From positions 6,634,001 through 6,698,000 of the forward strand of contig JBHGNT010000005.1 of NCBI GenBank assembly GCA_043228905.1: DNA of 64,000 nucleotides, written 5' to 3'. The notes under the pieces were generated by a model that ran no database searches, was not told the origin of the DNA, and saw only the letters and a program-made list of their open reading frames with translations. Source of the DNA: Azolla caroliniana (taxonomy: Eukaryota; Plantae; Polypodiophyta). Of the stretch, positions 40,089 to 51,626 are shown piece after piece. The position numbers were made by a program, and so were the translations under genes. Numbering within the stretch: the stretch's first letter is position 1; each line of letters begins with the position of its first letter.

Positions 40089-42078
40089 TTACAATATGGA
40101 GCCACCGGTCGCAGGTGCAAATCCTAATATCGATCGTGCCCACTCGTCCACATGAATCCGAAGTGAATCCACTTCGCGTTTGGTGAACCACATCTCTGTG
40201 CCCTGTAACCAAATATGTATAAGAACACATCTATACACAATCCACATGAACAAGGAATTGCAATTACACTTACAAAAGTCGAAGATATCCATCCTTGTAA
40301 GAACTCCCTCACCAACATTTGGATAGTCTTCATCACATAAAAGCCACAATCCCAACAATTTGGCTGTGTTGGGATGTGCAGTACCTGATGTCGACCATTG
40401 GGCACAATGGTGTGGTCTGACGGTTCAGATGAAATTGTCCAAATCGCCAACTCTGCCATTCTCCGCATGTTGTCTGTTGCTGGTCTGTTCAATGGATCGC
40501 AGAAGACTACTTTGCTAGTTAGCTTAGAAGCTTGTTGTCGCATGGTGAACCACAAGTTCCAATGCCCATCAAGCACGATCGGAATGAACGTAATCTCACA
40601 TTGCGCAACTTTCTTAAGGATGTCTTGCTCCTTCATTGCCTGCTGGTGTAGCTGCACCCATAGTGGGTCGACGATGGTGAAGCGTTCTGTCACCTCGAGT
40701 GGCAATGAGTATTCCATCCACAACGTGAATAAGGTCATAGTCCATGTCGATGCCATTTCACGGCTCTTGCATATGGTCTCAAGATCTGACTCGGTAACAT
40801 CAAGGGCCATATCGAGACGTGGGCAAGTTAGCTGGTACCTGAATGCATGGAAATATGTAGTTTTGAGTAGGTAAATCACACTCCATGTCAATTAGTAAGA
40901 TACTAGTTTATATTTCACTTAAACCCTACCTGGAAAAGTGTTTATTTGGGGTTTGAATCCATAACCTTATGCCCTTGCCATGTTGAATTTGAACTATGGC
41001 CACATCCGATGCAGCGTCATCTGAATCTGATGTTAGGGAAACAACATCAGTGTTTGACTCGACCTCCTTCCGTCGGATTGGCATTTTCGGTCGTCTCCGT
41101 CTCGGTGGAGTGGACACACCACCCTCAGATGGGTTTTGACTCTCATCCACATCCGTGGACACACCCTGCGGTTGGGTGGATATCCCCGCCTTTTTACACT
41201 GTTTCACCACAATAAGACACATCTTATTATCTGAATTTTGCCAATAAACCCTCCAACAATCTGAAATGAAATCCTCACTCATACTTACATAAGAATCCAA
41301 ACCAGCTGCTATCTTCTTCGTCAACATCTCCAAACGCTCATCCTTATTGGAGTCGTATATAGTCATCTCTTTGTCCATAAATCGTGCCACGAACTCTGCC
41401 TGTGTGTCAAGACGGAGTTCAGCAGGAATAGAGTTGTATTTCGAAACAACCCTAACCTTCAACTTTCGGATATATTTTTGTCGATTTCTGTAGTACTTGA
41501 TTTCCGGGTCCATGAATCTTTTGAGTGATCTTTGACGCTCATAACTGTTAAAGCATGCCCCCGGAATACCCTCCTCCTCCTCTATACGCATCCCTCGTGG
41601 TAGGACTACGTCTATTGCATGTTCTCTGCGTAAATGTGACTCCATGTCACTTTTTTTCCGATACCACCTTGGCGAGAGGCGGCAAAACTCAGTGTAGATA
41701 CATGCACGAGCCTTGTTCCCATTTGCATCTCTTCCAACCTTATACAACAAGTCGGGACGAGGAGCAACTGTTCCTTCTGCACCTGTGTTACATATTTAAG
41801 ATTGACATAAAGATTGAGATATTGCAACGACACCAAATCCACATACCATTTGGAGGAGCATCTTGGTCCATTTTGTCCCCACTCGTACACATGTCGGCTC
41901 CTCGACTTCGCCAATGTCTTCTAACGAAGACCCTTTAACAAATCACGAGTCAACATACATGCATCAAACCCTAAACCATTCTTGGGGGAGATTGGTTCGT
42001 GACATACCTCTCTTGAGTTGGATATATATCACTGTTATCGAAATCCCACCAATCTTTGTACTTGGAGTTGGAAGTCAT
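40089..42078 (-). CDS. Transposon-encoded spliced gene: C2H2-like zinc finger plus Ulp1/peptidase C48 domain (6 predicted coding exons)
   Basis: Short, phase-compatible GT-AG introns (~42007-41934, ~41846-41783, 41288-41199, ~40930-40840, ~40272-40203) join MTSNSKY..., GAEGTV...CIYTEFC...HLRREH, then IPIVLDGHWNLW, FCDPL and PTQPNCWDCGFYVM (His-Asp-Gln-Cys), and a last exon GTEMWFTKREV...GSIL*. The start codon is uncertain because further upstream exons may exist. Confidence 0.82.
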
Positions 42079-42744
42079 CTACCACCATTCAAGTAATCAA
42101 ACATTTTTTGATTTTAGTACTCAAACACACAAAATATCAAGTTTAAGCAAGCAAATCATTAAAACCAACAATCAAAATATAGATGATTAAATCAAGTTTA
42201 AGCAAGCAAATCTAGTGAACGCAAGATCATAATAAGTTTGATAGGCCTCACCTATAGTGTGGATAAGAGTGGTTACATCCTCTTCTAGATTATGCCTTCA
42301 AGATACTGGCTGGGATTAGAGTGGCTGGAAATCAACAAAGCCTTGCCTATTAGATCCTATTATACTTCACTTATGGTTCGCTTATCTTCTTGTCTATAGT
42401 GACTCTAAACCCTAAAGCTTAAACATGTCTATGCATCAATATGGTCCATACAATCTTCTTGTCTATAGTGACTCTAAACCCTAAAGCTTAAACATGTCTA
42501 TGCATCAATATGGTCCATACAATCTTGCTTGTTTTCATTATTATTAAGAAGCGATGAATATAACATTGTGGAAGATATAATAACAAGGAGCATACCTGGG
42601 AATAGTGATGGAGGAGATCGATTTGTGATGGAGGAGATCGATTTGTGCAGCCACAGACGATTTGTGATGGAGGAGCTCCCACCTCTTTCCCGGCAAACCC
42701 AACCTGTCAATCTCGTTTGAAAAAATGACAGATTATGACAGGTT

Positions 42745-42760
42745 TAGGGCTTTTATAGAC
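42745..42760 (-). promoter_or_regulatory. Putative TATA box for the cargo gene
   Basis: The minus strand reads 'tctataaaagccctaaacc', upstream of a candidate 5'-UTR exon ending at the donor 'ccag|gtatgc' (~42595). Confidence 0.45.
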
Positions 42761-42764
42761 ATCC

Positions 42765-43148
42765 CTAAAGGAGTCTCCCAACCTGGATAAACAGGTCTCC
42801 CAACTGTTTTAAAAATCAACAGTTGGGTGACCTGCTTCTTTTATTGAGTTGGTTGGGTGACCAACTCAATATAAACTCTAAAGGAGTCTCCCAACCTGGA
42901 TAAACAGGTCGCCCAACTGTTTTAAAAATCAACAGTTGGGTGACCTGCTTCTTTTATTGAGTTGGTTGGGTGACCAACTCAATATAAACTCTAAAGGAGT
43001 CTCCCAACCTGGTTAAACAGGTCACCCAACCTATTTAAAAATAAACAGTTGGGTGACCTGTTTTTTTTTTTGAGTTGGTTGGGTGACCAAATCAACCAAA
43101 AATTTAAAAAAAAAACGGTTGGGAGACCTCTGACAGGGTTGGGCGACC
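42765..43148. repeat. Right subterminal array, 113-bp tandem units built from inverted motif pairs
   Basis: Units start at 42765, 42878 and 42991, with about 14 motif copies. Stems such as caggtcgcccaactgtt / aacagttgggtgacctg are present. Confidence 0.92.
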
Positions 43149-43277
43149 GCCTGCACAGTTTTTTTTTTTGCGCCTTCTTCCTCATCCAAATTGGACGGTG
43201 CAGATCACACGCGCCTTCTCTGAGCGACCTGCACCGTCTGTGGCCGCGATTCCCTCACCAGGCCTCTTTATGATTTG
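43137..43277 (-). repeat. Right terminal inverted repeat
   Basis: ...gcgacctgcaccgtctgtggccgcgattccctcaccaggcctctttatgatttg is the reverse complement of the left TIR. Confidence 0.95.
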
Positions 43278-43559
43278 TGTCATAATAGACACGTCGATAT
43301 GTATGTATGTATGTATGCATGTATGTATGTATATATGTATTCTGAGGATGATGGATTATAAGACGAAACGAGAGCGAGGGGAGAATGCCAATGTCATTGT
43401 CCTTCAGCTTTCGAGTTTCCTAATGAAGGGAATGGTAAGGAAGGAGGAGTTGGGAGAGATGTCGATATGTCGATATGTCAAATATATGTGGTTGTTATGG
43501 ATGAAGAACCATTGTCTAGATCATGTTATAACGAGCCCTCACTTCAAGGTTTGGGCCCT

Positions 43560-44700
43560 AAGAATAAGGGAACTCAATCTATGGATATGTTGTAGCAATG
43601 TTGTTAATAAAAATTGGCATCATGTAAATAGCACATCGAAGGGGAAATCAATGAAAAAACCGAGTTGTGCTTAATGATACTTATTTTAACCAAGTTGTGT
43701 GGTTTATGGGGATTTATGCCCCTAACCAAGTCGCTCAACGTATTTCATTATGGGGCTCACTCCTTAAGACCCTATGTGTGGATTGCCGAAGATTACTTAC
43801 GGGAGATTTTAACATGTGTGTTGATGCATCTCAATCCACGTCTAGGCATTCAATCATGGATGGTCCTGAGCAAACTATTTGGGTTTCATTGACTATGGAA
43901 GTTCTAATGTTTGCTATTTGGATGTGGTTGCATGGGAATGATCCATGTTTTACCTTCGAAATTGCTCAACATAGTCAGACATGGAGTCAATTAGATAGGA
44001 ATGATGATTCTTTTTTACTAACATCACTTTGGATGACGGTTCTAGAAGACGTGAGCTTCATATCACTTCCCTATTTGTTTGGACGTTTGTATTCATGCAA
44101 TTGACATATATATAATCCTCACTTGCTTATAAGCCTCCATTATGCCTTAGCTCTTCTCTTTTGCTTCAACTCACTTTGATTCTCTCACGGAGCAAATTTT
44201 GGTGAATTTTTCTCAAAAAGTGGATAATAAAGGAGTAAAAGCATGGGATACCCCTTATGAGACATTAAGATCATTCATTGTATGTTGGGGTAACTATTGC
44301 CCAATGATGATGACGAAGTCTTCTTCAACAATTCTCACAAGTTCTCTCTAGGTGTAATGCATTATTGATACATGCACCATTAGATGAGGAGCTTTTGGAT
44401 ATCCAAAGTCAATTGCATGTTATATATTTCTCAGTTGCAATGCCAAATTTATAATTCATATGCTAAGATGCAACAACACATGGATGGACTCATAGATAAT
44501 CAATGTCAATCTTATTTGTTTTTCCAAGCATTACATCTTGCTTGATCTAATGTGGTACATGTGGAGCAAGGGGATGAATTTATAGTGGATCTTGCTATAA
44601 TAACTGCAATATGTGTTCATTACTTTTTAGGAGTTGATTGGCCCACAATTGTTTATGATGAATGTTGTAAGCAGAGAGCACGTCTCTCCTCAAGACAGAT
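43560..44700 (+). mobile_element. Decayed L1-type LINE, APE-like endonuclease region
   Basis: ORF 43667-44104 has GIYAPN, LLTGDFN, 'W...H...FT' and SQLDR, which are the EEP endonuclease motifs. Frames break downstream. Confidence 0.75.
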
Positions 44701-45751
44701 GTCTTTTTATAATGGAAATTTTGTTATAATGCATAAATATTAGAGTGGGTCATACATACAAGAAACAATTTTATTTTTTTAACTTCATGTCTTTTTATTG
44801 TGCTCTATCTTATTTCCTTATTTGAGTCACCTCTTATCACAATAGGAAATGCCACTTTGGCCTGCCCCCCAAAATTCATCTCGTTAATGCCAAAACTCTT
44901 TACTTCATTTCGCAATGACCCACTTTATTATGAAATTGCAAAGAAATCACCACACCTGAAAACATATACTGAAAAGCCTTCATTAGGTAATAAAATAAAA
45001 GGAGAAGTTTAGTATTCAACTCCATATATCCGTCAACATCATTTTTATTGTTCTATTCACATTCATATTGTGCAACATAATGTGAACAATTAGAAGTACA
45101 ATAATAACATACAATAACAATAACAATAAGCTTCTCAAATATACCCCTAGTGTCTCTCGAAATTTTCATAATAGTTCGAGGTTGACTACGAGGGAATTTT
45201 GTTAAACGAGCTGCCTATAACAAACATTACTTTATTTGGAGACTTCACTTCATTAATGTCGTCATTCTCATCGATTTTAATTAATGTGCCCAAGTGCACA
45301 AATAACCCCATGGTAGATTGTGTCTTGATATGTATACAAATATCTGGTCCAGTAAGGAATTCCATGGATGTAAAATATGATTTCCCAAATCAAACGCCCA
45401 CCACTCCGACAGTGTCCTAACAGCTGTGTGAAACCAAAGCCTACCGACCAATCCAATTGGGGTCCATCTCCATGGGTTTGTGGCCAAAGTTACTTAAACT
45501 GAGCTCCTCTTGAATCCTAGCAATGATGGCATGCCAATCTTGGTTCGATGCCCCTTCTTCCAACACCGCATTCCTCGCATCATCATCACTTCCCATGGCA
45601 TCATCATCATCGTTATCACTGCACATGAACAACAAACAACAAAAACAATTGGATGGTTGGAAAAAACACATCTCTCCCCCACATATTTTCCAAAGTGGAT
45701 AGAGAATGATTAAAAGGAAAATCTCCAAAGTTGTATCCTTAGTGTTTTTTC

Positions 45752-48367
45752 CTACAAAGTGTTACATTTGATATCAATCAGAACAAAGTACCTTCGTTTC
45801 GATTGAAGACGACTCTGAAGGTGCAGGACCCCAACATGAAGTCTTGCAATGAGGTGCTTTAGGTTTCCATGTTTGTGGATAAGGTGAGCTAGAATGCATA
45901 AGATTCCCACTAGAAGGCCCACGACATATCCGACCGCAAATCCTCGCCATTCGATGACATTGTCTATTACCCTCTCCCTGGAATCATGTAAGCTATAACC
46001 CGGGGATGGGGGTGTGGCATGGGTGCACAAAGGAAGCTTCGCAAGGGATGAAATGACATCGGTACACAACCCATCATTGTCTTGGAAAGATGAGCTGTTG
46101 AAGGTTTGGAGCCACTGTGATGTGGTCGGGATGCTTCCTTTCAGATGGTTGCTCGAGACATTTACGAATGCCAGGGAAGTAAGCATTTCGAAGCTTTGCG
46201 GAATCTCTCCTTCCAACCTATTCTGGCTCAGATCTAAGGATTCTAATTTCACCAAGTCCCCCAATGCACTAGGGATCTCCCCGTCCAGGATATTTTTCGA
46301 TAGGTCTAACGATAGAAGTTGCACCAGTGCACCGAGCTCCGGTGGGATGTGACCAATGAGTAGGTTATTGGATAAGTCGAGATCCGTGAGGAGTTGCAAG
46401 CTGCTGTAGGTTTCGTTCTCGCCCTTCAATGTGATGGACAAGTCATCGATAATGTAGTTCTCGTGATCGATGACTGCCTTGGCACTTGATCCCGCATTGG
46501 GATTGATCATCCCTTTCAATTCGCCGAGGCTTGATGGTATTGGTCCGGTGAGACGATTGTAGGAGAGAATAAGGACTTGAAGCTGAGGTAGGCTCAGCCC
46601 CATTGAGCTCGGGATGCTCCCATTGAGCTCACAAGAGCCCAAATCTAACACTAAGAGTTGATCTAACAAACTGATGAAGCTTGGTATAGGTCCACCTATA
46701 GGGTTTCCCTGGACATTGAGAATAAGTAGGCTGGATAGGTTACTGAGAGACGACGGAAGGGGTCCTCGGAGGGAATTGTAGCTTAGATCCAAGGTTTGTA
46801 GTTGGTTGAGTTGAGAGAGACTAGCCGGAACCTCGCCCGAAAGTTCATTACTATCCAACCTTAGGAATTTGAGGTTTGGAATAAACGTGAAGAAGGCCGA
46901 TGGAATGGGTCCGGAGAGCTTATTGGATGAAAGCTTGAGATACTCTAAGCTCGAATTTCGGACTACAAGATCGCTAGGAATAGCCGTGAAATTGTTGAAG
47001 GACAAATCAATCCTGACGATTGCTGGAAGGCTTAGGAGGAAGGAAGGGACTTCTTGAGGAGATAGGAGGTTCGTGTCGAGGTCCAACTCTTCCAATGATT
47101 GAAGATGTCCCATCGACGAAGGAAGGATGCCATCGAATTGATTGAGGGAAAGATCGAGGAATTGGAGTTCCGTAAGGGCCTCAAACATGTCCGGTATAGG
47201 GCCATAGAGGGAATTCATCGCAAAGGATAGCGTACTAAGCAACGTTAGATTGGCGACAAAGCAAGGGATGGTGCCTGTGATGTAAGTGTTGTCTGACACG
47301 TCCAATGAGGTGAGAGATGGGAAGGGCGGGGGTCCCGTGTCGCACGAGAGAGTGTTGTTGAAACTGTTTCCGGAGAAGTCCAGACTTTTTTTGGCGAGCC
47401 GCCACGCCCACTCCGGTATCTCTCCATCGAATTGGTTCCCCGTTAGGGTAAACAAGGAGAGATTTGTTAGGTGTCGGAGCCAAGGGGGGAATGGACCGCT
47501 GAAATCGCAGAGGCTTATATCGAGCGACTGGAGATGGACGAAAGAAGGGATCCAATCAAGCGGGGGTAACGAATGAAGGCCGGCATTCGAGGAGATATCG
47601 AGCTCCTCGAGCAATGCAAGGTGGCCGAGCGAGGACGGGACTTCCCCCGTCAGATTGTTGGTCCCGAGGTGGAGATTGGTGAGGGTCGTGCAATTCCCGA
47701 CAAGTGGGGAGATAGTTCCCGTAATCGAGTTATAGCTCAAATCCAAATAGGATAGGTGAGGCAAACTCCATAGTTCATCGGGAATGGGGCCAGTTAGGAC
47801 GCGGTTGCTATCGGTCCCATAAATATGTGGGGAAGCTTGTGCTTGGAAGCTAAGGTTAAGGTATGATAGTGACACGAGGCTCCCGATCTCCGGTGGTATG
47901 GAACCATGGAAGAGTTGGCATCCCAAGTCAAGTGTGGATAAGGAGTTCGAGATGTTGGACGAGGAAAGGGCGAGTAGGGCATCGGGGGTGAGGCTGCCTC
48001 GGAGCGCCGTTTGTTGGGCGCGGACGAGGATGGCCTGGTCGGTCGGGTCAATGCCTCCGCAATTGTTGAGGCTAAGGCGGATTACGTGGCCATGGGCGTC
48101 ACATTCCACGCCCGTCCACTCGCAACAATTGGTATCGTTGTGGTCATTAGTAGTAGAAGAAGTGTTTGTGGTTAGTGTCCATGAAGAGAGCCAATGTCCA
48201 GAAGGGTCCTCTTCTACAGCATATTGCTTGAATTCCAAGAGGCCATTCCTATGCTCAGGAATGCAAACTGAAGAAGATGATGATGATGATGGGGAAGAAG
48301 AAGAAGAGTGTACCAATTGTAATATACACAAAAATATAAGCTCCACTGCCAAATAAGCCATGAACAT
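45752..48367 (-). CDS. Leucine-rich-repeat receptor-like protein (LRR-RLP, no kinase), intronless, ~871 aa
   Basis: It has a signal peptide after the ATG at 48367/48361 and an LRRNT cap (C...LLEFK...LSSW...CCEWTGVEC). More than 20 plant LxxLxLSxNxLxGxIP repeats follow, with an island ending 'ITLKG' before the last LRRs. It ends with 'SSFQDNDGLC', a GxxxG transmembrane helix and a short basic tail. Confidence 0.95.
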   Translation of the reverse strand: MFMAYLAVELIFLCILQLVHSSSSSPSSSSSSSVCIPEHRNGLLEFKQYAVEEDPSGHWLSSWTLTTNTSSTTNDHNDTNCCEWTGVECDAHGHVIRLSLNNCGGIDPTDQAILVRAQQTALRGSLTPDALLALSSSNISNSLSTLDLGCQLFHGSIPPEIGSLVSLSYLNLSFQAQASPHIYGTDSNRVLTGPIPDELWSLPHLSYLDLSYNSITGTISPLVGNCTTLTNLHLGTNNLTGEVPSSLGHLALLEELDISSNAGLHSLPPLDWIPSFVHLQSLDISLCDFSGPFPPWLRHLTNLSLFTLTGNQFDGEIPEWAWRLAKKSLDFSGNSFNNTLSCDTGPPPFPSLTSLDVSDNTYITGTIPCFVANLTLLSTLSFAMNSLYGPIPDMFEALTELQFLDLSLNQFDGILPSSMGHLQSLEELDLDTNLLSPQEVPSFLLSLPAIVRIDLSFNNFTAIPSDLVVRNSSLEYLKLSSNKLSGPIPSAFFTFIPNLKFLRLDSNELSGEVPASLSQLNQLQTLDLSYNSLRGPLPSSLSNLSSLLILNVQGNPIGGPIPSFISLLDQLLVLDLGSCELNGSIPSSMGLSLPQLQVLILSYNRLTGPIPSSLGELKGMINPNAGSSAKAVIDHENYIIDDLSITLKGENETYSSLQLLTDLDLSNNLLIGHIPPELGALVQLLSLDLSKNILDGEIPSALGDLVKLESLDLSQNRLEGEIPQSFEMLTSLAFVNVSSNHLKGSIPTTSQWLQTFNSSSFQDNDGLCTDVISSLAKLPLCTHATPPSPGYSLHDSRERVIDNVIEWRGFAVGYVVGLLVGILCILAHLIHKHGNLKHLIARLHVGVLHLQSRLQSKRRYFVLIDIKCNTL

Positions 48368-48841
48368 AATATATATATATATGTATGTATGTATGTATAG
48401 AGATTTACATATGTGCAAAGAAGGAAAAAAGAAGAAGAAAGAAATAGCTTGCTCTGTTCTTCCTATGGGCGAGACTCACTTCTGGTTTGTATGCAAAAGA
48501 ATCAAAACACCTGATGAAAACCCCCGGGCCCTGAATCTAGTGAAACCCTTCATTCAAATAGAGGAAGGCAAAAGCATGAAGAGATAGAAGGTCGGTCTCA
48601 AAATAGCCATTTGACAAAATAAGAAACTCAGCAATCGTTATGTTAATCTAAGTTCCTTACCCTGACCATATTTGGCGATTGTTATCTGTGTGTATTATAC
48701 AATTATACATATACTCTGGATCGTGCTATTCATTCCCTTGACCCCAATCGATACCTTGACCACCCAAAACGAGACCAAGACCCTGACTTGTTACCACCAT
48801 GATTGGTGAAGGTTTCGTGGGTGGTCAAGTGGCCACCCAGA

Positions 48842-49082
48842 CCAAGGTCCCCAGGTGTTACCATCATTAATAGTGAATGTGTTATTGGCCACTTGACTAG
48901 CCTACGAGTGATCATCGATCAATATTATTGTGCACAAATCATTAACATAACTTGCCCATGGGTCCCTTACCACCCAAACCAAGTCCCCAGGTGTTACTAT
49001 CATTAACTTTGAATGTGTTATTGGTCATGTGACTACCTTACGAGTGATCATCAATCGATATTATTGTGCACAACCCATTAAC
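48842..49082. repeat. Tandem duplication (~137 bp period) upstream of the RLP
   Basis: 'ccaag.tccccaggtgtta..atcattaa...gaatgtgttattgg...cctacgagtgatcatc...tattattgtgcacaa' occurs twice. Confidence 0.85.
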
Positions 49083-51252
49083 CAAACTTCCCTAGGTAGG
49101 CCAAGAAATCATTGTGAATCTTTTGTTGTTGATCCGATGCTCTTGTTATCTTGACTACAAAAGTTGCTCATTGGTCATAGTGATCCATTTGTTCCCCTCA
49201 ATACTACACATCCATACAACTTGCTTTGAAAAGTAAAGGCCTAACGAAAGCTAAACATCATCGATAAGTATGTTTGTCCATGACATGACTACTCTTTCCC
49301 AACTTTTAAGTCCCAACTTTTGATTTCACAACAAATTCTTAATTTTCATTTTGTAGCACCCACTTTATGAAAAAAGAGCTATTTGCTCTTACATCCATTC
49401 ATGCTTTCCCATTGGGATGAAGATAAGTCCTATAGATTCACATTTATTTGAATGGTATAATAATAATAATTATTACAATACATTTCATGCTAAAGCACTA
49501 TGGCAAGGTATTGCATTTATACATTGTGTAATAAGAGGTTTCACATCTATGAGAAATTATTGCCAATTGAAATTCTAAACTTCAAATACATATAGTTTTG
49601 TAGCCTAACATTGTCAGTGTCACGGAATGGATTTTATGTTGCATTCATTATATACAAAAAAAGGAACTTTATTTGGTTTGAGATCATGCACCACGAATTT
49701 GCACCTAGAAAATGAATATAGAGCGTTGCCACAATTGCATTCCACAATCCGATGGACGAAAACGACAACATTACCCTTACAATGTTAATAATAATCACAT
49801 TCACGTTGAAAATGTAAATGGCTTTAGATAATTGACACTATTGCATTTCCACAAAGTAAATGGTGGTAGCATTGCCCCTGTAATGCAATAATGCAATGCT
49901 CAATAGTAGTAACAAAGAAACACATGCACTATAATTTGGTCTACATCAAGCTTTAATGTTGTGCATCATATTGCATTGGTTTGATCTTGAGAAACATGGA
50001 AAGCTAACCCCTTGACTATTTTAAATTAATCCTTGAGTTTTTCAATGAGGTGTTCATGGCCAATCTGGCAATATATGCAAACGAAGTCTTGAGAAATATT
50101 GAAAATTGAAAGGTAGTTCCAAGCTTGATGTGATATAATCGGGTTCTTTGGCATAATTGACATTCTAGAATGGCAAAGTTGGACACATTCAAAGATTTAA
50201 CAAATTACAACATCATGAAAAACACTCACGTGTAGCAAGGCTCCAATGTCATCCAACTAAGCTATAGGGTCCAGATTAGTGTTGGACAAAGAGGCAGGTT
50301 TTGAAATACTTTATTTCCACCCTTGTATCCTATAATAAATCCCAAACTCTTACTTGGACACATTTAGTTTGGAAACATAGCCATACAAGATGTATGCAAG
50401 CGTGTCTCATAACTAAATCTTAGCTTTACTATTTGAGCTATGATGATACTTATAACAAGGTGTGATGTTCAAAACCAATCATTGGATGGATGTACATTTG
50501 AACATCTAACCCCCCCTAAAAGAGGATGTACATTGTTTCAAGCAAGCATCGTGTGAACGATTTCATTGTTTCATCAAGGTTGCGTTGTAATTATAAAACT
50601 GAAACATTATGCGACATTAACATCATTTCGAAGTTATTTGTACTTACAATGGATGTTGGTTAAACTCTGGATGGGTAGATTAAAAAGATCAAGGATGAGA
50701 ATGGATGTTTCTCTAGATCTCGTTATTAAACTTTTAATCGCTCGACCATCATCATTCATTTAATACACGTAGCCATTTGTGTCACTCATATGACATTAAC
50801 ATGGGTATATATTTCGTGGCCACCCATTACTTTACCATTTCCTTTCGGTTTAGTGAGTAAAAATGAAAAGCCCATTCCAAAGATCATCTACCAAAACGAT
50901 GTCTAATCGGACGCACCGCCATGTCTAATCGGACAAAAAACAAACTAAAGAAACTGTGTGGTGAGTAGATACACAAGAATAGAGTATGGGTAGCTTTTTA
51001 TACGAGAAGAACAAGCTCAACAAAAGAAAAAAGGCTCATTTTGCTTTTCGCCTTTTGCTTTTTGCTTTTTGCTTTTTGGGTTTGCATGTTTGCTTCTTGA
51101 CTTTTTGGTAGCAAAACAGAGGGTAATTCATCAAAACGCATCACCTTCCATTAAAGAAGAACAAGCCCAGGAATGTCTCCTCTATTCACTAGTAGAGGGT
51201 ATCATAAGAAAAGGTCCTTCACCTTCCATAAGAGAAGAAAATACATACCCCT

Positions 51253-51580
51253 TCAACATTGCAAACTTGGTTGGAACATTCCATATCCTCTCCCTCTTCT
51301 CTCCATTCTGCCATTCAAAACAAAATAAAGGGTTTTATCTGTTTTTTTATTCAGATTTTCTCTTCTTCTTCTTCTTCTTCTTCTTTTTGTCTATCTCCTA
51401 GTGGGATGGCACGAGAAAAAGAGAAAAGACCCACATATGTATATGGCAATGGATTAAACGGGGGAAATGCACACATATACAAACCCACATACATGGTATT
51501 GCTTTAAAAGGGAAAACAATGCACACACACAAGGTAATGATTTAAAATGCAAAAATTTCACATAATGTACATAGTATAAC

Positions 51581-51626
<46 letters not shown>

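Larger units (their letters stand above)
35515..43277 (-). mobile_element. TIR DNA transposon, Mutator/MULE superfamily, carrying a transposase and a zinc-finger-Ulp1 protease gene
   Basis: TIRs are ~140 bp, and their first ~54 nt are identical except for one base. Subterminal motif arrays lie at both ends, and two co-oriented genes lie inside. Confidence 0.93.

Noticed and set aside
40926-41750. A separate third (VANC-like) gene in the transposon
   Set aside because: Phase-compatible splice sites join this ORF to the downstream protease ORF, so a single gene is more parsimonious.
46014-48356. Plus-strand ORFs overlapping the RLP (likewise the antisense ORFs over the CPT, transposase and EDR4-like genes)
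   Set aside because: These are antisense shadows of real coding sequence with no independent motifs.
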